From a phage, in assembly GCA_029038705.1 (NCBI GenBank), contig GCA_029038705.1_4346.1: a DNA stretch of 44,263 bases; one strand, given 5' to 3'. The translations under genes and the position numbers were made by a program. Within the stretch, counting starts at the first letter, position 1. Each line of letters begins with the position of its first letter. A model generated the notes under the pieces. It was not told the origin of the DNA. It saw only the letters and a list, made by a program, of their open reading frames with translations, and did not search any database. Shown piece by piece: positions 35,433-44,241 of the stretch.

Positions 35433-35664
35433 GGGTAATTACCTCTGATTTCGTCTTGCCTTCGTTGTCAGCGGCTGCGGCCTTTGATTCGTCCTGCTGC
35501 TGCCGTTGTGTTTTCTTCGCCAACTCAGCCTGTGCTTTCTGCTGTTGCTGAGAAACGAGATTCGCCCGGCCTTCGTTCCAGCCGCTGCGGTACTGGTAGA
35601 TGCCGTGTGCGTAAGCCAGGATGACGAAACATGCTCCTGCTACGACAGTTGCTTTAAGATTCAT
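35278..35664 (-). CDS. Inner-membrane spanin (Rz-like)
   Basis: 128 aa; N-terminal TM helix (ATVVAGACFVILAYA) then Gln/Ala/Lys-rich coiled coil; GGAGA RBS. Confidence 0.7.
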   Translation of the reverse strand: MNLKATVVAGACFVILAYAHGIYQYRSGWNEGRANLVSQQQQKAQAELAKKTQRQQQDESKAAAADNEGKTKSEVITREVVKYIKTPGRSVCTFDDARVLLKSSAVANANSIPGYDNDAAAVQTGSAK

Positions 35665-35915
35665 GTTTCTCCTTTCTCGATAAGTAAAGCCCCGCTTTAA
35701 GGCGGGGCGCTAGTCCTTATCATTTAAACATAGAAACGGCGTAATCTCAGTAAACCCGTTACTTTTTACACGAGCAATAGAGTATGGCCCTTCCGAACGC
35801 GTCAGCGTAACTACACTCATGACTTACGTCCCGCTCCGTTACCTGCCCGCGCCGCGGTCGCTTGTTCATACTTCACAAGCTCAGGTGGAGCTTAGCACAT
35901 TTTTAGTGAAAAGTC

Positions 35916-35931
35916 AACTATTCGAATAGTT
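35916..35931. repeat. Perfect 16 bp palindrome AACTATTCGAATAGTT
   Basis: Read directly. Shares the GAATAGTT half-site with the promoter element; GGAATAA is repeated twice just downstream (about 35954-35969). Confidence 0.6.
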
Positions 35932-35978
35932 TATTCCTACATTTACAATTTGGTGGAATAACTGGAATAATCACAGGC

Positions 35979-36003
35979 ATTAAAAAGCCCCTTTCGGGGC
36001 CTA
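35979..36003 (-). terminator. Rho-independent terminator
   Basis: Hairpin GCCCC-TTTC-GGGGC; minus strand is followed by UUUUUAA. Confidence 0.5.
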
Positions 36004-36006
36004 AGT

Positions 36007-36468
36007 TTATTCTGGCTTAGTGACCTTCGCCGCTTTGCTGACAGCCTCTACACCATCGGCATCAGTAACTTTAACGAAGTATTCCCCAACAGAATTAACC
36101 GTCAGATACAAAGCCTCTTCCGGGGCGTTAACCACTTCCTTCCCGTCTTTGTACCAGGTCAGCGCATATGGTGCTTTGCCCGCCTTAACTTCGACAGCGA
36201 TATTTGCGCTGCCGTCTGCCAGTTCAGCGTCCTGCGGTTGTACGGAGAAATACACATCACCAGCATCCGCCAGGTACTGAATCTCATAAAGCATGCCCGC
36301 CGCCGGTAGCGCAATACCGGTTTTATCTGCAAACGGCATATCGTCTACGGGCGCACCCAGTACACTTTCATCTTCAATAAATACCACGTTCTCGCCGGAG
36401 CCAGGCACACGGGCGTACTGGACTACGCGACGCGACGGTACATCAGTTACTTTGAAAAAGCCCATCAT
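36007..36468 (-). CDS. Ig-like domain protein
   Basis: 153 aa; ALTWYKDGKEV...VGEYFVKVTDADG is an Ig-like pattern. Confidence 0.5.
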   Translation of the reverse strand: MMGFFKVTDVPSRRVVQYARVPGSGENVVFIEDESVLGAPVDDMPFADKTGIALPAAGMLYEIQYLADAGDVYFSVQPQDAELADGSANIAVEVKAGKAPYALTWYKDGKEVVNAPEEALYLTVNSVGEYFVKVTDADGVEAVSKAAKVTKPE

Positions 36469-37544
36469 TATTCCCCTTTCAGATAATCAGCAACACGTTT
36501 ATCGAGTTCCGCCATCTGCTTAAGCGTGAGCGGATTCCCGAAACCATCTACAGATATTACGCGAAACTCTTCCGGCGATATACCGCTGTTACGGAAAATC
36601 TTACCCCGCACCGGGCCTAGAGCCTGGTCCTGAAACCATGCCGGTTGTTGTTTCAGGAACTCGTAGTAAGTGGTGTCTGCGCTTACCTGAGTACCTCCGT
36701 CCGCACCCTTAGCCGCGCGTTTTGCGCCTTTATCCAGGAAGTCGAACTCCGAACTGATTACCGGAGCCGTGCACGACCGGCAGTTCGGATGGGCGGGGGG
36801 CATCGGCCCTTTACCGATTTCCCACGTCATCCCATCTCTGGCCTTGCAAACGGCTGAGGTCCTAGAATCAAGAGTAGACACCCACTCATATTTCTCGATA
36901 ATGTCGTCGTTCTGGCGGTACGTCTCATTACGGGCTTCGTTGGACACGTGGGACAGCGCGGTGCGGATTACTGTAGCAGCGTGTTTCTCTGATACGTCAG
37001 CCAGGCCGCCTTTACCAACTACTTCTTTAACAATCTGCCGTGTGGTTTGGCCTTGCACAAAGCCCATCTTAACGCCAGTTACAAGGCGCGCGACCTCCGC
37101 TTCACCCCAGCCTGACATCAGCTTGGTGAAGTCAACGGGCTTGTCACTTAGCGACAGAGGTTGAAACTCGGCAGCGGCCCACACCTGCTCGGCGGTAGGT
37201 GTAACAAATTCCGCGTTAACGTTGGTGGTAAGTGTCTTTACGTTCCACTCAGCCTCATATGCCGCCAGTTCCTTAAGGTCTTCTGTCAGCTTTGTTTGCC
37301 AGTCAACTGTAAGTCCAGCCAGTGCTTCTTCAAGGTCGCGTAACAGTTTATTCAGCCGGGCGGTGCTGCGGCCATCATCGCCGAATAACAGCACCTGCCG
37401 TTTGATTTCGTCCCGCATCTCCTGAATGAACGGTGCTAGGTCTTTCACCTCACCGGATGCAGTACGTTGCAGCCATATCTGGTGGCTAATTAGAGATGTA
37501 AGTAAGCTCATAAGCCCTCCTGTAGTATCGACAGTGTAACGCAT
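36468..37544 (-). CDS. Head morphogenesis protein (Mu F / SPP1 gp7-like)
   Basis: 358 aa; VSTLDSRTSAVCKARDGMTW...PPAHPNCRSCTAPV matches the MuF-family Cys/His motif; position after portal. Confidence 0.7.
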   Translation of the reverse strand: MRYTVDTTGGLMSLLTSLISHQIWLQRTASGEVKDLAPFIQEMRDEIKRQVLLFGDDGRSTARLNKLLRDLEEALAGLTVDWQTKLTEDLKELAAYEAEWNVKTLTTNVNAEFVTPTAEQVWAAAEFQPLSLSDKPVDFTKLMSGWGEAEVARLVTGVKMGFVQGQTTRQIVKEVVGKGGLADVSEKHAATVIRTALSHVSNEARNETYRQNDDIIEKYEWVSTLDSRTSAVCKARDGMTWEIGKGPMPPAHPNCRSCTAPVISSEFDFLDKGAKRAAKGADGGTQVSADTTYYEFLKQQPAWFQDQALGPVRGKIFRNSGISPEEFRVISVDGFGNPLTLKQMAELDKRVADYLKGE

Positions 37545-37647
37545 AAAAATAATATCTCAGGGAATTTTTTCTTATTGCGGTGCGATGTCTTGCTGTGGTA
37601 CATGTATATACACAATCTTTATACTAGAAGAAGCGGAGGGTATTTTA

Positions 37648-38997
37648 ATGGGGTCCAGACGTTTAACTGAAGAAGATGTAAACCTGAGACTGGCGTCACG
37701 GGGTATAGTAGTAATTGAGTATGCAGGCCACTCTAAACTTAAGTCTAAATTCCGCTGCCGTAGTGGCCATGTGTGGGAGACAAAGGCCAATACCGTCCTA
37801 AACGGTCATGGTTGCCCCCAATGCTACGCTGCGGAAAAACGGGCGAAAGTAACAGAGTGGCCTAATGGGGTTGAATGCCTTAATTACGCAGGTGCTGTAA
37901 GTGGGAAATCAACGTTCAGATGTAAATGCGGGTTCGTCTGGTCCGCTACCGGCAGCGACATTTTAAGGGGTAAAAGTCATTGCCCGAATTGCAGCACTAA
38001 CAGAAAAAGGCTCGAGATCGGAGAAATAGAGGAAAGGTTACGCGGCACTGGTTTTGAACTGGTGTCTTATTCAGGGGATATCTGCCGTGCGCCATCGACA
38101 CTGAGGTGTCAAAAAGGCCATGAATGGGCCTCTACGCTTGGTAACATTTTTCAGGGTAGAGGGTGCCCGCGGTGCGCGTCGTTCGGGCGTAGTAAAGTGG
38201 AGGATGAAGTCTGTGAATTTCTCGATAGCATGGGGGTGGAATATCATCGGAATGATAGAAGTCTTATCCACCCAAGAGAGATAGATATTTTAATACCGCA
38301 ACATAATCTGGCGATAGAAATAAACGGCCTGTACTGGCACAGTGAAGCTGCCGGGAAGGGGAGAAAGTATCACATGGAGAAAAGAGTCGCCGTTGAGGAA
38401 AGAGGGTTCAGGCTCCTGTCAATAAGGGATGAGCTATGGCTGCATAAAAAAGAAATAATAAAGAAAATAATCGGCCATTCCGTCGGCGTCTCTTCTTTGC
38501 GAGTTTTCGCCCGCAAATGCCATGTAAAAGAGATTAACAAAATATGTGCAGAGCGTTTCCTGGAGGAGAACCACATTCAAGGATTCCGTAACTCGACGAG
38601 GTATATCAGCCTCGTTTATGAAGAAAAGATTGTTGCGGTAATGACGCTGACGTGTAGAAAAGGTGAATGGGAGCTTGTGCGGTACGCTACGTCGTGTTCG
38701 GTGGTAGGCGGGCTGTCGAAGCTATGGGCCTATGCCGTGCGCCGTTATAGCATCACCGACGGTTTTACCTACACTGACCGGGATTTATTTACCGGAGAAT
38801 CATACCTATCAGCGGGGTTTAAAAAGGCTTCTGTGAGATGTGGATTCCGCATCGTCGTAAACAATGCGACTAAAACAGAATCACGGCAAAAATGGAACAA
38901 AGCGCCAGAGGGGCTTACACAGTCGGAATGGTACGCTGCGGAAGGTGTATCCCGCATATGGGATAGCGGACAAGAGAAATTGGTATGGAATAAGTGA
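37648..38997 (+). CDS. Stand-alone nuclease with repeated zinc-ribbon modules and a PD-(D/E)XK-like core (homing-endonuclease-like)
   Basis: Three repeats of a C-x-x-G/C-H...CPxC module (CRSGHVWET..CPQC; CKCGFVWSA..CPNC; CQKGHEWAS..CPRC), then REIDILIP...AIEINGLYWHS. Start is probably the ATG at 37648 (GGAGGG RBS), not 37585. Confidence 0.55.
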   Translation: MGSRRLTEEDVNLRLASRGIVVIEYAGHSKLKSKFRCRSGHVWETKANTVLNGHGCPQCYAAEKRAKVTEWPNGVECLNYAGAVSGKSTFRCKCGFVWSATGSDILRGKSHCPNCSTNRKRLEIGEIEERLRGTGFELVSYSGDICRAPSTLRCQKGHEWASTLGNIFQGRGCPRCASFGRSKVEDEVCEFLDSMGVEYHRNDRSLIHPREIDILIPQHNLAIEINGLYWHSEAAGKGRKYHMEKRVAVEERGFRLLSIRDELWLHKKEIIKKIIGHSVGVSSLRVFARKCHVKEINKICAERFLEENHIQGFRNSTRYISLVYEEKIVAVMTLTCRKGEWELVRYATSCSVVGGLSKLWAYAVRRYSITDGFTYTDRDLFTGESYLSAGFKKASVRCGFRIVVNNATKTESRQKWNKAPEGLTQSEWYAAEGVSRIWDSGQEKLVWNK

Positions 38998-38998
38998 G

Positions 38999-39026
38999 AT
39001 TAAGGCCCCAATAGGGGCCTTAATAT
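38999..39026. terminator. Hairpin terminator between converging genes
   Basis: TAAGGCCCC-AATA-GGGGCCTTA. Confidence 0.5.
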
Positions 39027-40502
39027 TTACTCCTGCTGTTGCTGCTGCGCCGACTGCGGAATCTCCCCCGTCACCTGAGTAACGGCCCCCAACGGCAATG
39101 GTGCATCCTCGATAGCGTTCTGAATGTCTTCATCCTTCCAGTCAGTTACACCCGCCTTGCGCAACGCAGCATAGTAAGCGGTGGCGGGCAGCAAGCCAGC
39201 GTTAATGTCCGCCATCCACTGGGCGCGGTCCTGAGCTGTCATCGGTTGTAGGAAGAACTCCATGTTCAGCTTGAATTCAATCTCTGTGTCTTCGCGCAAC
39301 CCTAGCATCGCCGCTACCCAGCGCAATGCATCGGTATACGCCATGCTTACGTTACGCGCGATTGTTGCCATGACTGACGTATCGGCGCCGCGTTGCAGGC
39401 GGGCGGATTCGGCGGTGATTTGCTGCGTCGGGGTGATAAGCTGCGCGCCAATCTGAATGGCCTGATTCTCTTTATCCAGCATATTCTGTTTGGCGAGGTT
39501 GTTCTCTCCTGCCTGAACAAGAAATGCATTGCCGCCGTAGCCGATGTTATGGCCTGAACGTGACCCCATGCGCACGCCGTGAGGGTTAGCTTCTTTCCAC
39601 TGTTCCATGCTCATGTTCTCACCGGGGGCGATGAACAGAGTTGGCTGGCCTACAACGAAGCTGGATTCCTCATTGTCTGCGCTGTTACGGAAATGTCCGA
39701 TATTAAGCTCAGCCAACGGCAGCAAAGGCGCATCGTCGATAGTAGCGTCGTTGTTGCTTGCACCAATGAACGTGAACGGGATTTTGCCACGTAACTGTTC
39801 GCCGAGTTCCGGGAAGATTTCGATTACTTCACCCTGTGCGCCACCTTCTGCGTCAAAGCGGTAAATGCGCTGACGGTAGCGACCGTCAATCAAATCGAGA
39901 ACGCGGTATTGCTCACCGAACTTTGTTTCGAACTCTGCGCCCGGTTCTGAGTATTCCCATACCTCACGCAATACAACCATCGTCACGCGGTTAACTGAAC
40001 CGACGCGAGTCAGTCGCCAGTTGATGATGTTCTCTGCGGTATAGAAAGCGATGACCGGGTTTAATAACCCCGCGTTCTGCTCTGCCGCCGTTGCCGCGGC
40101 GGTCTCCGGGGCGTCAACCAGCAACCCACCACGGCCCACCGAGTCAATCTCCATCAGCGTGTCCTGCGCGTGCTGCCACAGACCAACACCGGAGCCGTCG
40201 ACATTACGTAACAGGTACTCCAGTTCAGGCGGGATAATCTGCTCGGGGTCTTTGCGCATCACGGACCCAACCATCCCCGCCAGGGTACGTTTAGTAAAGT
40301 TGTAGCAGATAGCGCCGTTCTCGTATTCTTCCTGACGCTGTGCCGCGTAGGTCGGGTCTGGTTCGTTCTTCCCGACGTTGCGCAGGTAACGGATAAGGTC
40401 GCCTTCCAGCGCGTGGCGTACCTTCTGCCATTTATTGAAGTGATGCAGCCATTCCCGGTGTTTAGTCTTAACACCCTGATTCTGACCGTTCATAGTTAAC
40501 AT
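39027..40502 (-). CDS. Portal protein
   Basis: 491 aa, immediately downstream of TerL; acidic Gln-rich C-terminus. Assigned by size and synteny. Confidence 0.65.
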   Translation of the reverse strand: MLTMNGQNQGVKTKHREWLHHFNKWQKVRHALEGDLIRYLRNVGKNEPDPTYAAQRQEEYENGAICYNFTKRTLAGMVGSVMRKDPEQIIPPELEYLLRNVDGSGVGLWQHAQDTLMEIDSVGRGGLLVDAPETAAATAAEQNAGLLNPVIAFYTAENIINWRLTRVGSVNRVTMVVLREVWEYSEPGAEFETKFGEQYRVLDLIDGRYRQRIYRFDAEGGAQGEVIEIFPELGEQLRGKIPFTFIGASNNDATIDDAPLLPLAELNIGHFRNSADNEESSFVVGQPTLFIAPGENMSMEQWKEANPHGVRMGSRSGHNIGYGGNAFLVQAGENNLAKQNMLDKENQAIQIGAQLITPTQQITAESARLQRGADTSVMATIARNVSMAYTDALRWVAAMLGLREDTEIEFKLNMEFFLQPMTAQDRAQWMADINAGLLPATAYYAALRKAGVTDWKDEDIQNAIEDAPLPLGAVTQVTGEIPQSAQQQQQE

Positions 40503-40514
40503 TGAATAATCCTC

Positions 40515-41786
40515 TTAAAGTGCGAAAGTCACCGGGACGTTAATAACTGGTTTGCGAATCGGCATTTCATACGCGATAGGGTATGTGGTTCCATCATTCT
40601 GGTGGTCCACACCACCTGATTTATCCGGTTCGCCGTTCTTGTCGTAGGCTTGCTGCTCCAGGCATCGAGCAGTAACCGGGCAAGCCTGTTCGTTAATCAT
40701 GACCATACCAGATTCAAGCGCCTTATTCATCGCAGATACGCGGTCTTTAACCGGTGGGTTTGTCGATTTAGCGCGTACTTCGAAACCGGCCTGCTGTAGC
40801 TGGACGATGTCGGAGGTGCTGGCGTTGTTGCTTTTACGGTTCTTGCCGCTGGCGTCCGGGTACATAACGATATAATGGCCCTTACTTTTCCAGCGCTCCG
40901 TTATGGCTCGCACTACATCCGGCGTATCGAACATATCAACCAACTCGGCGACAGCGTGCCACACCTTTCCGCGTTGCACGTAGACTGTGCTCGCCATATG
41001 GCCTACGTTAAAATCCTGCCCAATATACAGAGTCTCACCAGGCTTGATTGTTTCGCGACTGCTGTTTTTCCTGCGGTCGTAAGCGTAGTAGACCGTCCCA
41101 GCCGTGAGGTTTACGAACTCGCCGTTGATGTAGGCATCAATCAACTGCCCGGGGTAGGTATCTCGTAAGGACTGCACATAATCTTCTGGCAGGAACGGGT
41201 TAGACAGGGTGGACGCCTGAATCATCTCGTAACCAGGATTCTTTTTAACAACCCAGCGGTCATGCACGAAACGGAATCCTTCCGGCGTAGTGAACACGGA
41301 AACGGTATTAGCAGGTTTTGGCGTAATAGGTTTATACGTCCTCGGCAACTGACGGTTACGGGCGATGACTTTGTTCCATGCGTGCTCCGCGTGTTCCATG
41401 TTCAGGGTATCCAACTCGTCGATTTTTGCACGAAATGACTCGTAACCAACGATTCGTGCTGGATTATCTAATGTACGCAGGACAAAATCCCCAAATTGAC
41501 CGGATGACGTATAGATTATGTTGTCGGACTTATTGTATTTGTACCGGATACCCCAGTCCGTCAGCTTCTCTTCCATACGGGGCGCAAGGATAAGGCGTAC
41601 CAGGTCATAAGTAGGCTCATACATGGCGATGATAGAATCGCTGCCACCCTCCATGCTGTCCAGTAGCGCGGAGTTACACATAACCTCTGATTTCCCGGTG
41701 CCGAAGCCAGCCACGAACGCAGGGAACTTGCAATGCATCCCAAGAAATGCGCCTTGAGGTTCCGTTGCCGTGATATTAACGTTCAC
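40515..41786 (-). CDS. terL: Terminase large subunit
   Basis: 423 aa; Walker A-like FVAGFGTGKS near the N-terminus; C-terminal nuclease-type region; upstream of portal. Confidence 0.85.
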   Translation of the reverse strand: MNVNITATEPQGAFLGMHCKFPAFVAGFGTGKSEVMCNSALLDSMEGGSDSIIAMYEPTYDLVRLILAPRMEEKLTDWGIRYKYNKSDNIIYTSSGQFGDFVLRTLDNPARIVGYESFRAKIDELDTLNMEHAEHAWNKVIARNRQLPRTYKPITPKPANTVSVFTTPEGFRFVHDRWVVKKNPGYEMIQASTLSNPFLPEDYVQSLRDTYPGQLIDAYINGEFVNLTAGTVYYAYDRRKNSSRETIKPGETLYIGQDFNVGHMASTVYVQRGKVWHAVAELVDMFDTPDVVRAITERWKSKGHYIVMYPDASGKNRKSNNASTSDIVQLQQAGFEVRAKSTNPPVKDRVSAMNKALESGMVMINEQACPVTARCLEQQAYDKNGEPDKSGGVDHQNDGTTYPIAYEMPIRKPVINVPVTFAL

Positions 41787-42288
41787 CGGACACCACCTTA
41801 ATTGTTACTTCACTGATTGGCTCGTCGCGTACTTCTTCGGCGACAACTGTTTTATTCAGCCCCAGCTTAGCGGCGGCGAACGTAGCAGAGATACCGGCGG
41901 CCCCATTCTCAGTGAAATACGCCTCTTCCAGCGCCTGTGCCGTTTCATAGGCTTCTGCAAATGAGGGAATCTCGCGCAGCCACAGCTTAATAATCGGGAT
42001 AGTGACACCGATGTGTAAGGCGAAGCGAGCCAGTGATGGCGGTTTATCCGCAATGACTGCTTTGTAGTCTCCGTGCGCACCGGTCGGCATAGCCTCCCAC
42101 GACGTGCGGTCGAAGAAACGAATCAATTCGTCACAATAGTCCGGGTCCCACAACGCGGCGGAATTACGGGATGATTGATAAAGGCTCTGTTTACCGCGCG
42201 GTCGTTTACGGCGACGGTTTGCGCTAACAGCTTCTTCATGTGCAGCTTGCACCACCTCTGGTGATGGCTGCTTGAGTTTCAGCTTCAT
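41776..42288 (-). CDS. Terminase small subunit (probable)
   Basis: Position upstream of and overlapping TerL. Start is probably the ATG at 42288 (AAGGGGA RBS) rather than the track's 42327. Confidence 0.5.
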   Translation of the reverse strand: MKLKLKQPSPEVVQAAHEEAVSANRRRKRPRGKQSLYQSSRNSAALWDPDYCDELIRFFDRTSWEAMPTGAHGDYKAVIADKPPSLARFALHIGVTIPIIKLWLREIPSFAEAYETAQALEEAYFTENGAAGISATFAAAKLGLNKTVVAEEVRDEPISEVTIKVVSGER

Positions 42289-42380
42289 AGAATCCCCTTG
42301 CATATGCGTCTGACCATCAGAGCGCACCAGACGCGCCCTACGCGTCTAAATGGATTATATAAGGGGATTGGGCGGGATGT

Positions 42381-42406
42381 ACAGAAAAGCCCTCGGTAGA
42401 GGGCTT
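42381..42406 (-). terminator. Rho-independent terminator upstream of the packaging genes
   Basis: AGCCCTC-GGTAG-GAGGGCT; minus strand is followed by UUUUCUGU. Confidence 0.5.
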
Positions 42407-42507
42407 GTATCAGTTGTATAGGCCGTGGCGTGGTGCTCTTTTACCGTCGCCGCCGTAATGGTCGTTAGCTACGGGAATGGCCCGGGCGTTAGGGATGATT
42501 AGTAGTC

Positions 42508-42768
42508 TCATTCCCCGCTCTCCTCTCGTGCGATACGTTGCTCAGTTTTAGTGATACCCCGGCGCGTGAATAACACCGGGCTTGTTTTAACGTGCGTCAT
42601 CAGACGGTTGTTATAAATTACGTGGCGCTCGCAGTCCACGTCTTTGCTGTACTTCGCAATCGTCATTTCGTTGATGCCGGTTTGTCGGCACGTCTCGGCC
42701 ATCGTGCCAAATTCTTTAATCAGGTTAGGAATGCTGGTAATCATCCTAAGAAATTCCTCGTTGTCCAC
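42508..42768 (-). CDS. Small HTH-containing protein (candidate regulator or DNA-binding packaging accessory)
   Basis: 86 aa; ETCRQTGINEMTIAKYSK is HTH-like. Confidence 0.4.
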   Translation of the reverse strand: MDNEEFLRMITSIPNLIKEFGTMAETCRQTGINEMTIAKYSKDVDCERHVIYNNRLMTHVKTSPVLFTRRGITKTEQRIAREESGE

Positions 42769-42909
42769 ATCGCATTCGGATATTTGTTATCGCGGTCCTG
42801 CACTACAGCAATCATGTTTCCACGTTGCACCAGGCAGAAGTGCCGTTGTTGCTCGCCGTTGTAGCGACGCCAGATTGCCTCTTCGATTGCTGCGTTGATG
42901 TCACTGAAC
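42741..42909 (-). CDS. Hypothetical small protein
   Basis: 56 aa ORF (MFSDINAAIEEAIWRRYNGEQQ...) below the track cutoff; overlaps the downstream gene start by about 28 nt. Confidence 0.25.
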
Positions 42910-42913
42910 ATAT

Positions 42914-43105
42914 CTACCCCACTATTTCATCACCGAGCCACGCCGTCTCTCGTATATCATCGACCACACACGCGGCGTGCTCACGGCTAATTGCAAAAAT
43001 GTAGAAGCTAAACTTCTTCCCGTCGGCGTCGATATGGTTAACAGAGTATGGTTTCCACAGGACGCCATCAATCACTACCGGTTCAGGCGCTTTCATGCCC
43101 ATCAC
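42914..43105 (-). CDS. Hypothetical protein
   Basis: 63 aa ORF. Confidence 0.45.
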   Translation of the reverse strand: MMGMKAPEPVVIDGVLWKPYSVNHIDADGKKFSFYIFAISREHAACVVDDIRETAWLGDEIVG

Positions 43106-43280
43106 CGGATGCTTTGTTCAGGTTGAAGCGGTTAATCAGTTCACGACGTGTCTCGTAAAGTGACTCAACCATTTGCTCGGCTACAGCGATTTTAGTATTC
43201 AGGACGTGCATCACGTGACTGATGTCTACGCCGCCGTTAACAGCCTCCACCATCATCTTTTCATATTCACGGTCAGTCAT
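43083..43280 (-). CDS. Hypothetical protein
   Basis: 65 aa ORF. Confidence 0.45.
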   Translation of the reverse strand: MTDREYEKMMVEAVNGGVDISHVMHVLNTKIAVAEQMVESLYETRRELINRFNLNKASGDGHESA

Positions 43281-43435
43281 TCTTTACGCTCTCCCCACAT
43301 GCGATTTAGATACTTGTTCTTGTCCGGCCCCGGGAAACTGTTACGTTTCATAAGCTCCTCTCGTGTCGGGAACGAGGTGTGACTGACTTTACGGCCTACT
43401 CGTAATGGTTGGCTTACTTGACCTTGTTCGCTCAT
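43277..43435 (-). CDS. Hypothetical small protein
   Basis: 52 aa ORF; ATGA-coupled on both sides. Confidence 0.3.
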   Translation of the reverse strand: MSEQGQVSQPLRVGRKVSHTSFPTREELMKRNSFPGPDKNKYLNRMWGERKE

Positions 43436-43629
43436 TCTACAATCTCCCATTTAACGCCGTGGAAGCCATCACCTTCATCGTTACCAAAGTCTATGAAAAT
43501 ATAGCAGTCGTCGTCGGAGTCTATATAACCGAAACCAGTAGCTGTCGGGTTGTACACATCGTACACTTTACCCTCTGTCACATAGTCAAGGGCGGCTAAC
43601 CAGAGAATTTTAGCGGCTTTAACTTTCAT
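43432..43629 (-). CDS. Hypothetical protein
   Basis: 65 aa ORF. Confidence 0.45.
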   Translation of the reverse strand: MKVKAAKILWLAALDYVTEGKVYDVYNPTATGFGYIDSDDDCYIFIDFGNDEGDGFHGVKWEIVE

Positions 43630-43835
43630 TTCTTCTCTCCTGCAAACTTAAATTTAGCCTCGAACTCCTTTCTACCAACACAATATTCTGAATAGGATTC
43701 ATTGAATTTCATCAATGGGTAGTCGGCGATAAGTACGTGGTCCAACCCAACCGCAGTTACAATGAAACTAACTTCACCTACATCACCCCACGAGTAATTA
43801 CTCTTATAGATGCCACCAACGATAACGTCGATCAT
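43626..43835 (-). CDS. Hypothetical protein
   Basis: 69 aa ORF. Confidence 0.45.
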   Translation of the reverse strand: MIDVIVGGIYKSNYSWGDVGEVSFIVTAVGLDHVLIADYPLMKFNESYSEYCVGRKEFEAKFKFAGEKK

Positions 43836-43981
43836 TTCTTCTCTCCTGCATAAGCTGCTTTCAGTGTCTGCATCGCGGCGAACCAGAATGCAGCCGCTGG
43901 GATGCTGTTGCTCAGGTTGCTAACGGCGATGCGTGCCATCAGTTGTGCGTCTTTGAATGCTTCGATATCTGTAATTTTCAT
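43832..43981 (-). CDS. Hypothetical small protein
   Basis: 49 aa ORF (MKITDIEAFKDAQLMARIAVSNL...); coupled on both sides. Confidence 0.3.
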   Translation of the reverse strand: MKITDIEAFKDAQLMARIAVSNLSNSIPAAAFWFAAMQTLKAAYAGEKK

Positions 43982-44178
43982 TAGTTATTCTCCAGTATTT
44001 CTAACGCTTTCACGAGGTAACGTTTACGTAAAACATCAGTCTGCGCGCTATTAGCCCTGCGTATGTAGCCCGCAGCAGCCCTCATCTGTAGTTTTTCCAC
44101 CGAACCATTCCCTATAACTGATGCGATACATTTAACTTCGAGTTCTTCGGTTATTTCTATCGTCGATACGTTGCCCAT
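43981..44178 (-). CDS. Hypothetical protein (first gene of the leftward small-gene operon)
   Basis: 65 aa ORF with GGAG RBS, downstream of promoter 44213-44241. Confidence 0.45.
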   Translation of the reverse strand: MGNVSTIEITEELEVKCIASVIGNGSVEKLQMRAAAGYIRRANSAQTDVLRKRYLVKALEILENN

Positions 44179-44212
44179 TTCTCTCTACTCCGTTCTCGTT
44201 GTCGATGAAGTA

Positions 44213-44241
44213 AATATAATAGGGTCGAGGATAATAGTCAA
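44213..44241 (-). promoter_or_regulatory. Sigma70-like promoter (TTGACT-N17-TATATT) with two CTATTAT elements
   Basis: Minus strand: TTGACTATTATCCTCGACCCTATTATATT. Confidence 0.5.
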
